A DNA stretch of 64,000 nucleotides from Torpedo marmorata. Its lineage: Eukaryota. The stretch spans positions 65,658,001-65,722,000 of the forward strand of contig OZ360234.1 in assembly GCA_977017645.1 (NCBI GenBank). The letters are read 5' to 3'. Under the pieces are notes generated by a model. The model was not told the origin of the DNA. It searched no databases and worked only from the letters and a program-made list of their open reading frames with translations. Position numbers and translations under genes: made by a program. The first letter of the stretch is position 1. Every line of letters begins with the position of its first letter. Of the stretch, positions 24,342 to 37,498 are shown one piece after another.

Positions 24342-25896
24342 ATTTATTTATTTATTTATTTTTATAAAAAAATATTTTATTTGAAATTTTAAATCACGAA
24401 GTACATAAAATAAAATATAAAATTATCAAAATACATGTGATACATTTTCACCCCCCTCCCTCCCTCCCCTCCCTAACCCTCCCACCCCCCTGACTCACAC
24501 CGGCTCACCGATGAGGTGCAGTCGAGTCGCACAGTACACTGTACGGCCCAGCCGACAACCACGCCGAAAGCACGAGGAGCCCATACTAATCTACTAAAAT
24601 AATTTAAAAAAAGAAAGAAAAAGATAATGTCAATCTAAAAAGCACATCTATAAACTGGTTTTATTGTGGAGGATAGGTTCACCAGTCAGAACCGATGTCT
24701 AGAGATCTTCAAATCCTTAAACCAACAGCTTTTATATATGGGCTCCATATTTTCAAAAAGAAATGGAATTTATTACGTAAATTATAAGTAATTTTTTCAC
24801 GTGGTATAGCTGAACGAAGTTCTGCATGCCATCTCTCTAACCCTAAATCTACATCAGATTTCCATGTAATAGCAATGCATTTCTTAGAAACAGCTAAAGC
24901 AATTTGCAAAAATTCTATTTGATACATATTTAATTTCATCTTAATACTAATTCTTTTAATATCCAAACAAAAATATCATAGGGTCCAAAGGAAGTATAAT
25001 ATTCAATACTTTATCTAAAAACTTTTTAACTTTCAACCAAAAATCATATATCTTTGGACAAAACCATGTAGAATGTACAAAAGAACCTTCCTCTCTATTA
25101 CATCTAAACCATAAACCTGATAATGTCGAATTAAATTTATTTAATTTTTTAGGCGTTAAATATAATTGATGAAAAAAATTATATTGAACTAATCTATATC
25201 TAACGTTAATAATCTTCGTCATACTTAATTTACATAATTCTTTCCAATGTTCTTCATCTATTGTTACATTCAAATCTGATTCCCATTTTAAGCTTGATTT
25301 ATGAATTCCTACTTTAGGGATTTTTCTCTGAAACAATCTATATATTTGAAAAATAAATTTATTTACACCCCCGTTAGTAACTAATAATTCTAGTTCACTC
25401 TGTCTTGGTAGAGTCAAACTATATCCCAACTTCCTAACTAAAAATGCTCTGATTTGGTAATAAGCAAAAAGTGTATTATTCAATACATTAAACTTATCTT
25501 TCATTCTTTGAAAAGTAATACATTTACCAGCTTCAAAACAATCATTTATTTTCTTAATTCCCTTTTGGAACCAAATTTTAAATAATTGATTATCAACAGT
25601 AAATGGAATAAGTTTATTTTGATATAAAGGCATTTTTTTGAGAAATCGACCCTTTCCCTCCTATCTCACTATCCACTCTATTCCATATTTCCAACAAATG
25701 TTTAAAATAGGAGAATTCTTCCCTCTTATTAATAATAATTTAGAATTCCATTTATAAATAACTTCTTCTTTCAAATCTTCTCCTATATTATTTAATTCTA
25801 TTCTAATCCAAGCAGAAGACTTACCTAAATCAAACATTTCATTAACAAGTTTTAATTGGGCTGCTTTATAGTAATTTTGAAAATTAGGAAGTTGTA
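24342..25896 (-). mobile_element. 5'-truncated L1-clade LINE, same family as 251-1501
   Basis: Highly similar ORF2 C-terminus (ORFs 24956-25633 and 24709-24966, frameshifted) and a (TAAA)n tail. Diverged TSD: ccaggaaacaatct (24328) versus ccaggaaataattt (25897). Confidence 0.9.
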
Positions 25897-27622
25897 CCAG
25901 GAAATAATTTTGAGGGGGAAATCATTCATGCTTGTTCAAAACTGGTACTTGGTTACCCAGATAAAAAAGACCAAGAAGCACCTCTTTAATCGCGTTTGCA
26001 ATCTGTTTTGCTGATACCAGAGATGAATTCTGCTCCTCTAACATTTTCCAGATGTTTGCAGCTGTGATTCCGCAACCCCCCCCCCTTAAAAAAAACACTG
26101 TTTTGCCCATTCCAAGCTGAGATATTTTATTGAATTTTGGATGTCAAATGTGGTTCAGCGGACGGGGCTTTTTGGCTAATCCTGTACAGATAAACTATTC
26201 ATAGTTGGTCAAAGGTAGAGCACTGTCACTGCTCTGTAAACTGAAGCTCAATTCAATGCCTCCATTCCCTGCAGAGAATATTTAAAACTGGAATTACGCA
26301 GTCTCCTCCTTTCTCATTTATACTAAGCGATCTTGGTCCCTGGTGGCCAAGAGTCCGCCCTTGGTGGAAAGCACTGATGATAGCCTCTGCAGCTGTGCAA
26401 AATTCACATAGAAACTCCTTTGTTTCTCCTTGCGAGAAAGACCTCTATAAATCGGCACTACATCATTGGCAGATGCGAAGTTCATAGTGAATCAACCCAA
26501 AATTCGGAACATCCCCATTGAAAGCACGCCCAAGAAGCAACTGTTTGTAAGAAATTTATTAACAGGATGAGGGGAAAGGATAAATAAATCAAGATTAATT
26601 GATTCTGACTTGTCCCTGAATGGCATATGGTGATTTCGTTTGCTTTCTGTTTACCTCCCTGCCTCTGAAGGAATCTGAATAAATCTATATTTGAATTACA
26701 AGTGTTCTGTGCATTTCCACTGGCGGATCTACGGCGCAGGCACAGGAAAAAAATTGCTGTCGGAAGAGTTTAGCTGCGACTTCATTTGACAGAATCTGGC
26801 CTGTTGGAGGGGGATTTAATTGTGCCAAAGTTTAACTCAAAACCTAGCACCGAGATAGCAGCCTCTTGAATTGTTTAACAGCTAGAACAGGTTGTTTGCT
26901 GCGTCTCAGAAAGCATCCACTTCCTGAGAGGAGCGGTCTTACTGAAAACAATAGTGAGGGAAGAATGCTATTTCAGTGCATTTAATTTTACTGTGCAGTT
27001 GGACATTTTAACATTTTGCTTAAAAGCCTTGATTCCAAATTGGTCTGCTCGTTGGGCTTAATTTTAACTTGAGGTTGGAAAAATAAGCGAGCTAATTTTA
27101 TTTGGTTCAAGCGATGATGGATTTTTGTGTAGAAAACTTAAACACAAAATGCGGCGATACAATTATCCTCCATTAACAATGTCTTTTAATATTTTTTTCA
27201 CGTCACATCTAATGAGTCTGATAGATTCCTAGGAGAATAAATCCTGGCTGCCCTATTAACAAATGTGTCAGTCCTGGGTTGTACTGGCTTTGCTAATGAA
27301 CATGACAACATTGTTCCCATTTTGTGTTTGTGGATACTCTGAGGGTACAAAATGTCTCCAGTTACACCCTGCCCCTTTGCCTGCTCCAGGTCTGGCAGGT
27401 TTAAACACTTGTGTTGTATTTTAAGACTAAGGATATTGATACCTCCCAGATTTATATTTATTATCCTTTAACAGCAAGATGGCTCCACTTATTACTGATC
27501 CTTCCTGTTCTACCCAGGTAGATCATTTCCACCAACCCCACCCCCTCTCCCACGTGCATCTTCCCTCCTCCCCCACGACAATTCCACTCAGATTAACGGT
27601 GTCTAATATTGAACAAGTAACC

Positions 27623-29053
27623 CTGACGTGGGGACAGGGGTGAGGGAGCACCCAGACTGACGTGGGGACAGGGGTGGGGGAGCAACCAGACTGACGTGGG
27701 GACAGGGGTGAGGGAGCAACAAGACTGACGTGGGGACAGGGGTGAGGGAGCAACCAGACTGACGTGGGGACAGGGGTGAGGGAGCAACCAGACTGACGTG
27801 GGGACAGGGGTGAGGGAGCACTGGCTCATCTTCACATCAACCAGAATTGATCCTGTCCCCACGTCAGTCTGGGTGCTCCCTCACCCCTGTCCCCACGTCA
27901 GTCTGGTTGCTCCCTCACCCCTGTCCCCACGTCAGTCTGGTTGCTCCCCCACCCCTGTCCCCACGTCAGTCTGGGTGCTCCCTCACCCCTGTCCCCACGT
28001 CAGTCTGGGTGCTCCCCCACCCCTGTCCCCACGTCAGTCTGGGGGCTCCCCCACCCCTGTCCCCACGTCAGTCTGGGGGCTCCCTCACCCCTGTCCCCAC
28101 GTCAGTCTGGGGGCTCCCTCACCCCTGTCCCCACGTCAATCTGGGTGCTCCCCCACCCCTGTCCCCACGTCAGTCTGGTTGCTCCCCCACCCCTGTCCCC
28201 ACGTCAGTCTGGGGGCTCCCTCACCCCTGTCCCCACGTCAGTCTGGGGGCTCCCTCACCCCTGTCCCCACGTCAGTCTGGTTGCTCCCCCACCCCTGTCC
28301 CCACGTTAGTCTGGGGGCTCCCTCACCACGGTCCCCACGTCAGTCTGGTTGCTCCCTCACCCCTGTCCCCACGTCAGTCTGGGGGCTCCCTCACCCCTGT
28401 CCCCACATCAGTCTGGGGGCTCCCTCACCCCTGTCCCCACGTCAGTCTGGGGGCTCCCCCACCCCTGTCCCCACGTCAGTCTGGGTGCTCCCTCACCCCT
28501 GTCCCCACGTCAGTCTGGGGGCTCCCCCACCCCTGTCCCCACGTCAGTCTGGGGGCTCCCCCACCCCTGTCCCCACGTCAGTCTGGGGGCTCCCTCACCC
28601 CTGTCCCCACGTCAGTCTGGGGGCTCCCTCACCCCTGTCCCCACGTCAGTCTGGGGGCTTCCCCACCCCTGTCCCCACGTTAGTCTGGGGGCTCCCCCAC
28701 CCCTGTCCCCACGTCAGTCTGGGGGCTCCCTCACCCCTGTCCCCACGTCAGTCTGGGGGCTCCCTCACCCCTGTCCCCACGTCAGTCTGGGGGCTCCCCC
28801 ACCCCTGTCCCCACGTCAGTCTGGGGGCTCCCTCACCCCTGTCCCCACGTCAGTCTGGGGGCTCCCTCACCACGGTCCCCACGTCAGTCTGGGGGCTCCC
28901 TCACCACGGTCCCCACGTCAGTCTGGGGGCTCCCTCACCACGGTCCCCACGTCAGTCTGGGGGCTCCCTCACCCCTGTCCCCACGTCAGTCTGGGGGCTC
29001 CCTCACTACGGTCCCCATGTCAGTCTGGGTGCTCCCGCAGCGTGGTCCCATGT
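27623..29053. repeat. 34-bp minisatellite: about 6 units (27623-27821) inverted relative to about 35 units (27852-29053), with a 30-bp unique spacer
   Basis: Unit ctgacgtggggacaggggtg(a/g)gggagc(a/c)(a/c)ccaga. The repetitive ORFs in all frames are a product of the 34-bp period. Confidence 0.97.
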
Positions 29054-29529
29054 CGGCCCAGCGCAACAATGAGGGACCACTGCATGGTCGCTGGCAATTC
29101 AAGCAACGTCTCTTTGCAGTCCAGGAAGCCTCACTCCACATATTCTTGAAGTGAAAGCAGTACCCATAAGCAACTGTTGCAGGATTCCAGGAATTTGAAG
29201 CTGGTTGAAGAGTCCTACTTGGTACTCTCTGCTTTCAGAGGAAGTTTGTGGTCTGTAACGAGGGGGAAATCTTGATGAACACATGAGGAAGAAAGGAATA
29301 GAAGGTTAAGGTTCGTTGAAGTTGAGCGGGAGAAAAGTTTGTGTATTGTATATGGGCCAGCTTGTCTGAAGGTGTGTCACATCAATGAAATATCTTCAGT
29401 CATTTTTTTATTTTCCAAAAATATAACACATACAGTACCATCAGTGCACAATTTACATTCATAGCATTATCAAATAAATTTAATCTTTGTGCCATCAAAT
29501 TCTATTTACAAAGCAGCAATGCCATTCGT

Positions 29530-29995
29530 GCAAAACATGAAAGTCTGCTGACACTTGATTGAAATAAAAACACAATGCTGGAGAAACTCAGCAGGTCAAA
29601 CAGTGTACACTATATAGCAAAGATAAAGATATGTCACCAACATTTTGGGCTTGAGCCCTTCATCAACGTATGGAAAAATGTAGGCAGGCACCCAAATAAA
29701 ATGGTGGGGGGAGGGGAAGGGCAGGGGGAGGAGCACAGTCCCACAGGCAGGAGGTAATAGGTGGATAAGGGAGGGAGGGCTCACCAGCAAACAGGGAGGG
29801 GGGTATGGTTCTGTGAATGGAGAGGGAAGGGGGTGGAGAGCTGGAGGAATGATGACAGAGGGATGGAAAAGAGAGGGAGAACGGGGAGTTGGCTAGCAGA
29901 AACAGGAGAAGGCATTGTCAATACCATCCGGTTGGAGAGTGCCCAGATGGAAGTTGAGGTGTTGCTCCTCCAATTTGCGGGTGGCCTTGTTGCAG
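29530..29995 (-). mobile_element. Penelope-like element 3' fragment
   Basis: Colinear with 44558-44940, including ggagcaacacct...ggcactctccaaccggatgg and the pLTR. Confidence 0.8.
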
Positions 29996-30064
29996 CCTCT
30001 TTCAACAATACACACAAGAAGTGCTTGAGAGACTTGCACATCGCCCACCCAGTGTCCAGTGATG

Positions 30065-30290
30065 GCAGGGCCCTAGACTGTGGTCCTTCCCCACAAAGGT
30101 GGCGGCACTGAGCATCGATGCTACTCTCAGCACATACTCCTGCAACCTGGAATGTGTCAGCTGGCAGCATTCCTTTACGGACATCTCATTACAATGGAAG
30201 ATTACGCGTTCCGGGCAGACCAAAGTGCGTCTTTCTCCAAGCGACACTTTCTTCCAGCAACACTTAATGTCTGTTTTGGTATGTGACTTC
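30065..30290 (-). mobile_element. Tx1-clade LINE ORF2 C-terminal remnant
   Basis: The minus strand reads KDALWSARN / VKECCQLTHSRLQEYVLR / WGRTTV* across frameshifts, resembling recalled fish Tx1 ORF2 ends. Confidence 0.6.
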
Positions 30291-30487
30291 ATTATTATTT
30301 GGAGCTAATAAATCTGCATTTCACGATTGCCAGATTTTTTCTGAAGGTGTTTGCGCAGACACAATGTTAAAGAGGTGTTGTCAACACTGAGGTTTGTGGG
30401 AGCCCTTGATTATATGAGGCAAATTTGATTCAAGGCAGTTCACACGAGTATGTCAGCATACTCTTCAGTAGTACAGGTGTAAATTTT

Positions 30488-30625
30488 TTCAGGCATACAG
30501 CACGGTAACGTTTGGCCCACGAGCCAGTGCCACCCAATTGCACCAAATTGACCTACTACCCGGATTCGAACCCCGGTCGCTGGCGCTGTAACAACATTGC
30601 GTGATCGCTATGCTAACCTTGCCGA
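30488..30625 (-). mobile_element. Internally deleted tRNA-derived SINE
   Basis: Head (ggttcgaatcc on -) joined directly to the 3' part ggtcaatttggtgcaattgggtggcac...gctgtatgcc. Confidence 0.7.
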
Positions 30626-33085
30626 ATGAAGGGAACTCTTACCTGTTAAACTGTTAACCTAAAATTTCAGACAACTTTCCTACTTAAAACTGGGTCCACT
30701 TTGTACTGAATGAATTCAATTATTTTATTGGCATACAGTGCCAGTGACAGTCCATGGGCTGATATTGCAAATAGTACTTGTGGTCTTTGTTTAAGGGGAG
30801 GTTAGATATACACATGAGGGAGAACGGAGAAGGTTAAACTTAAGGTGAGGTTGGGTGGGAGAAGGTTTGTGAAGTGCATAAACTGGTATGAGCCAGTTTG
30901 ACTGAAGGAGTGTAATATCAATGGAAATATTTATGAAAGATATACAGGAAATATAGTAGAACCAGGCAATTCAGCCCAAGAGGATGAAACACGGGCATAC
31001 TTCATCCCACCCTCTCAACACATTCTCCTTCAACTAGCTTCCCCTTTAATACATCTTTGGAGGCTGCACAGATATGTAGCTATTTGGTAAATGTTCCACG
31101 TCCCCTTGCTGAGGAAGAGTGGCAGAATCTGGCTATTTATTAGTCAGTCCGTGCAAAGTCTGAACCAGCAACAAAAAAAAACCCTCTTTCCTGTGGAAGT
31201 TATGGCTGGGCTGTTGTGAGAGATGGAGTGGGCAGAGAGACAGGTCCTTCCCGTATCCTAGGCAGCAGACAGACGGAGGAAGAGCGGCACCAGGCCGAAT
31301 TAATGTGATGGATAGGGACAGCAGGTCAGAGAGCTGAGCTAATTGGTGTGTAGCCATTAAATGATTCCAAAGTACTGGCTGGCTGGTTACAACTTACATT
31401 CCCTCCCTCTTCTCCCACCAAACAGAACGATGTTTAATGTAGTGAATGGCGTGAATTCTTGACCATATTCATGCTGCATGTTTTCTTATTACAGTATCAT
31501 TATGTCTACTTGTACTATAAAGCCATTCATTGTGTGTGTGTGTGTGTTTACAAGTGTGTCTGCATACGACTTTCAAAATCATTCACTGTTGGGTGGGATT
31601 TAGAAGGGGGAAAGGTCACAGACTAAAGCTCCTCTTCATTGAAAAAAAGGAATCATGTTGTTTGGATGAAGAAAGATGGCCCTGAATAATAATTATTGTA
31701 CAATTACAGGAAGGTCCTAATTATTTTGTGTAATCAATTGGTAATTTGATATTATAATTCCGAAGGACAAAATTGGTGCCCTCTATTAAATATTCACACT
31801 TTAGTGCTCAGGTCTGTCTGTCCTTTGCTGCTTATTTTTATAGATCAGTTGACTAAATTGTGAACTAAAAGTGTATTTCTTGTGTATATCTTTTTTCAAC
31901 TGTATAAGCATCCCCCTGTGAAATAGGAGTTAAAACCATTCCCAAAATGTACGTAGTGCGGTGATATTCTAATGCTCCGACCGTTCAGTGCCACCTGATT
32001 ATCAAATCTATGCCTGATTAGCATTTTTTCACATTATATTTAATTGCTTGTCAGGTTAGAGGAGAAATAGTTTTAAATAAGATCACTGGTTGTACATTAA
32101 CTGGAAACAGGCTAAAGTACAAAAAAAGTAATTAAAATACTTTACATAAAGTTTCAAGATATTACAAGTTAAATGCTCTGATGGACAATCTCACTGGAGT
32201 TGCATCCCAATGTACGATTTGGAAAATTTAGCAAGTGTAATTAATTTTTTACAAGAAATATCTTTCCTGCTTCAGATAAGATTTTATCGTTTCCGAGGCT
32301 CAAGGTTTTCAGTGAATTATTCCAATCGCTTACATTTTAAAAAATTTAGCATTTTTTATATCATTGAACAATTATATTTGCAATTTCATCACAGCAAGGG
32401 AAAAGAAGGGAACGAGAGGGAGAGTCTCATCGCCAACAGATGGCTAACATGAAGTGCGACTGATTTCCATTTGTATTACAGATGGCGGGGAGTTTCTGAA
32501 CACTGCTTGTGACCACTTGGCAAACAGAGCACACGCGCTCTCTTGCTCTTGCCCACACCACCCCTTCCCACATTAGAAAAATTAGTTCTTGCCCCTAGCC
32601 ATCCAAGAAGGATGACTAAGTGCCTCTCTGGTATTTAAACCCGCAGTTCACTGCTCTCTGGTTCAGCCTTCAGCTGACTAAATCACAGTGTTCCACTGTA
32701 AGGCTAAACATTAAGTGTGAAATATGGCGTTAAATCTTTTTTAGCTGGTATTTTCAGTCCCCTTCCCTCTTCCATGAGATGTGCATGTTATTGATTTGGG
32801 GTTGCGTTGTTATGGCATTTTCCTATGAACACTTACTAACTTCCAATTCAACAGTTTAAAAACAACATTTAGATTAAATCAACCTTCTCATCCGGATTTC
32901 ATTTCATAAATAATCCTGTTGTGAACAGTGTATATATAAGCACAAAATCATCCTCATAATAAACTCAAATATTATAGTTAGGTTTCAATTGAACTCCTCA
33001 AGCAAATCTTTTCCACTCACTCATAGGACATCGCCCTCCCTATCTCTACTTTCTTCTCCTGCTCCTCAACAATTGGGATCAGTCA

Positions 33086-33786
33086 AAACTACACAAGTCT
33101 AAACCTGAAATATCAGAGATGTGTTTTAGATGTGGTGTAGAAACTGGAACTTTTCTGCACTCCACTTGGTCCTGCGTAAAGGTACGCTCCTTTTGGCATG
33201 ACATATCTAATACACTAATCAGAATTACAGGGGTAAACTTTCCGCTGGACCCAGAGTTGTATCTTTTATGAAATTTAATGGACATAAGCTACAAATTATC
33301 TAAATTTCAAATTCAATTTTTAAAGGTAGCTTTGTCCGTGGCAAAGAAATGTATGGCAATAACTTGGAAGTCCGACTCCCCCCTTCTTATCACTCGATGG
33401 TCAACAGAGATGCGCAGCTGTATTCCTATGGAAAAAATTACATATAGTATCAGGAATAATAACAATACATTTGTTAAGGTGTGGCAACCATACCTGGAGT
33501 ACATTGGGGCCCAAACTCCAAGGTACAGCAAAATGTAATGTATAACAAATTAATGGTGTGACGTCTCCAAAAAGATGGGAAAAGCATCTACTGACGGTAT
33601 GTTTAATTTTCTTTTCTTTTATTTGTAATTTCTGTTTTTTAGGCTTTGCTTTTTCCTCTTTAGTTGGAGGGGGGGGAGGGAAGGGAAATTTTAAAATAAT
33701 GTTGTATACAATTGGAAATTGTATGATTATGTTTAAAATGTTAATCTTTTTGTGAAAAATTAAAAAATAAAATATTCCAAAAAAAA
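33086..33786 (+). mobile_element. 5'-truncated L1-clade LINE of a second subfamily with TSD
   Basis: CFRC...HSTWSC knuckle, AKKCMAITWKS...IPMEKITY, then AATAAA and a poly-A. ttgggatcagtca occurs at 33073-33085 and 33791-33803. Confidence 0.88.
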
Positions 33787-34077
33787 CCAGTTGGGATCAG
33801 TCATACATTCAACTCAAGATTCGTGACCACAGTGCCTTCAAGTACGAGGATTCAAAACTCCACAGTTCCTTTCCTGTACCTCCCAGCCTCTCCTACTCTC
33901 TCCTCCTTTAAATCCAACTCTTTAATAAAACCTTTGATCATCTGTCCAACTTCTTCCACGTCTCATTTTCTTTTGCTGGATTAAGTTTCTTTAAAGATCC
34001 TTGGGAGTTTTTAATGACATAAAAGACACTGTAGAAAAGCACATTATTTATTTTAAATGGGTGTATTAAACATAATT

Positions 34078-37000
34078 ATAGACAATAGACAATAGGAGCT
34101 GGAGTAGGCCCTTCGGCCCGTCGAGCCAGCACCGCCATTTTACAGATCATGGCTGATCACTACTATCAGTACCCCTTTCCAGCCTTATCCCCATAACCCT
34201 TAACTCCCCTGCCCATCTAACTCTCTCTTGAACATAATCAGCAAATCTGCCTCTACTACCCTCTGTGGCAGAGCATTCCACAGATTCACACTTCTCTGGG
34301 TAAAAAAATTTTCCTCATCTCCGTCCTAAAGGGCCTTCCCTGTATTCTTAAACTATGCCCTCTAGTCCTCGTCTCTCCCATCATTGGGAACAAGTAATCC
34401 GATTTCACCCTGTCTATCCCCTTGATAATCTTGTATACCTCAATCATGTCCCCCCTCATCCTTCTAAACTCCATCGGATATAAGTCCAGTTTTTCTAACC
34501 TTTCAGCATATGCCAATCCTGCCATCCCGGGAACTAACCTTGTAAATCTGCGCTGCACACCCTCTATAGCTAGTATGTCCTTCCTCAAATTTGGGGACCA
34601 GAACTGGACGCAATACTCCAGGTGAGGTCTCACCAGGGCCCTGTACAACTGCAGAAGGGCGTCTCTGCTCCTATACTCCAATCCCCTCTTTATGAAAGCC
34701 AACATGCCATTTGCCTTCTTCACAGCTTTCTGAACCTGCATGTTAGCCTTCAGTGCCTGGTGTACAAGTACACCCAGATCCATTTGCACTTCCCCACTCC
34801 CTAGCTTGTCTCCATTTAAATAATACTCAGCTTTCCTATTACTGCCCCAAAATGGATAACCTCACATTTGCTCACATTGAACTTCATCTTCCATTCTTCA
34901 GCCCACACCCCAACCTGTCCAAGTCCCTCTGCATTTTCCTGACATCCTCTTCACACTTTACACCACCACCCAGTTTAGTGTCGTCTGCAAATTTGCTCAT
35001 GTTATTAATAATCCCTTCATCCAAATCATTTACATAAGTGACAAATAACTGAGGACCCAACACCGATCCCTGCGGCACTCCACTTGTCACATCCTGCCAT
35101 CCTGAAAATGACCCGCTTATCCCAACCCTTTGTTTCCTATTTCTTAACCAATTTCCTATCCATGTCAGCACCTTACCTCCAATACCATGCTCCCTGATCT
35201 TGCCCACTAGTCTCCCGTGCGGGACCTTATCAAAGGCCTTCTGGAAGTCCAAATACACCACATCCACTGGCTCTCCCAAGTCCACCCTCTTTGTCACATC
35301 TTCGAAAAATTCCAGAAGGTTAGTCAAGCATGACTTACCCTTAAGGAATCCATGCTGACTAGCCCTTATACTATTATTTCTGCCTAAGTGTTCTGCTATT
35401 ACTCCTTTTATGATAGATTCCAATATCTTCCCCACCACTGACGTCAGGCTGACTGGTCTATAATTTCCCGTTTTCTCCCTCCCTCCCTTCTTAAAAAGCG
35501 GCACCACATCAGCCACTCTCCAATCCACAGGGACCTTCCCAGAATCTGTGGAACTTTGGAAAATGTCGACCAGTGCCTCCACAATTTCCAGAGCAACCTC
35601 TTTAAGCACCCTGGGATGCAGCCCATCAGGCCCTGGGGATTTATCAGCCCTCAGTCACAACAATTTACTCACAACCTCCTGCTTCTGGATCCGGATATCC
35701 ATCAGATTCCCTACTTCCCCAGGAAAGTTCCCCAAGTCTCTTGATACTGCATGACCACTACCCCCTAACTGACCATAACCTATATCCTCCTTGGTCAAGA
35801 CAGATGCAAAGTATTTGTTAAATTCCTCAGCCATTTCCTTGTTTCCAGTAATAATTTCACCCTTTTCCATTCTTAATGGCCCAATTTTAGTCCGAACCAA
35901 TTTCTTCCTCTTCACATATTTAAAAAAGCTTTTGCTATCGTCTATTATATTATTTGCTAACTTCCTCTCGTACTTCATTTTCCCCTTTCGTATGACTTTC
36001 TTAGTTACCCTCTGATGTTTTTTGAAGGTTTCCCAATCCTCTAACTTCCCACTCTGCTTCGCTATCTTATACTTACTCCCTTTGGACTTGATATTGCACT
36101 TGATTTCATTAGTTAGCCATGGCTGCCATTTGCATCTCCTAGAGCCTTTCCTCCACTTTGGAATGAATTTGTCCTGAATCCTGTGAAAAATGCCCATAAA
36201 TACCTACCATTTTTCCCCAGTTGTCCTCCCAGCTAGTGTATCTTTCCATTTTATTTTGGCGAGCTCCTCCCTCATAGCTGCATAATCCCCTTTATGTAAC
36301 TGCAGTACAGATGCTTCCGACTTCCTTTCTTTTTCCCTTTCCATTTGCAGATCAAAAGTAACCATACCATGGTCACTATTCCCTAATGGCACCTCTACTT
36401 CGAGGTCACTTATTAACTCTGCATCGCTGCACAGCACCAAGTCCAGAATCGACTTCCCCCTGGTAGGTTCCTCCACTAGCTGCTCCAAGAATGCATCTTG
36501 TAGACATTCTATAAACTCACTCTCTTGCTTTCCTGCCCCCGTCTGATTTTCCCAGTCCACCTTCATGTTGAAGTCCCCCATAACTACCGTATTGCTACCA
36601 CTTTGACATGCCACTCTTAATTCTTGATTTATACTACTTCCTATATCTGAGCTACTTTTCGGAGGCCTGTAAATGAACCCCATTATGGTCTTCATGTCTT
36701 TGCAATTTCTTCATTCTATCCAAACAGACTCTACCCCACCTGTTTCAATGTCTTTCCTTTCAAATGCCTGAATTTCATTTCTTACCAACAGAGCTACCCC
36801 ACCTCCTCTTCCTAACTTTCTGTCCTTTCTATAGGACGTGTACCCTGGAACATTTATTTCCCAATCCTGTCCCTCCCGCAGCTATGTCTCCGTTACTCCG
36901 ATAATGTCATAACCTCCTATTGCCATTTGCGTCTCAAGCTCATCCATTTTATTCCTTACACTCCGTGCATTCATATACAATACCTTGATACCATACCTCC

Positions 37001-37498
37001 CTCCTCTCTCCACCTTTGTTCCTGACGCACTTGCCCCTACTCTCCTATCCCTTTTTGTTCCCTTTTTCCTTATGGTTTCACCGTCTATCGGAACCACCCC
37101 TATATTCACTCTCCTATCTGTTTCCCTATCAGTCCGGTTCCCTTCCCCATGCCAAATTAGTTTAAATCAAACCCAACAGCATTATTAAACCTAACTGCCA
37201 GTATATTGGCCCCCTTTGTATTCAGATGTAAACCATCCCTCCTGTAGAGGTCTTGTCTCCCCCAGAAGAAATCCCAATGGTCTATGAACCTGAATCCCTG
37301 CACTCTGCACCATTCCTTCAGCCACACATTTAACCTCCTGATTTTATTATTTTTGCCCCCACCCACGCACAGCACAGGTAGCAGCCCCGAGATTACGATC
37401 CTGGAGGTCCTGCTTCTTAACCTCCTTCCTAGCTCATGGTAGTCCCTCTTCAGGATCTCCTCCTTCATTTTATCCACATCATTTGTACCCACGTGTAT
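34078..37498 (-). mobile_element. 3.4-kb CR1 LINE: ORF1 SGNH-esterase C-terminal part plus disrupted ORF2 (APE endonuclease and RT)
   Basis: ORF1 has HVGTND...DGLHL (37157-37498). APE motifs MNARS, GVTET, MGDFN, LDLVL, SDH. RT motifs YLDFQKAFD, GVPQGSVLGP, KFADD; C-terminal LVRPHLEYCVQFW. Several stops and frameshifts; (attgtct)n tail. Confidence 0.95.

Noticed and set aside
24505-24582. Hammerhead ribozyme on + strand (ccgatgag...cgccgaaa)
   Set aside because: Stem II can form, but there is no correctly placed NUH cleavage triplet with stems I and III, and the core reads CCGA.
27623-29053. CRISPR-like array
   Set aside because: Units are directly tandem with no unique spacers, the context is eukaryotic, and there are no cas genes.
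27798-29149. Long Pro-rich ORFs (424, 278, 266 aa)
   Set aside because: They are translations of the 34-bp minisatellite cycling through frames; no splice signals or protein homology.
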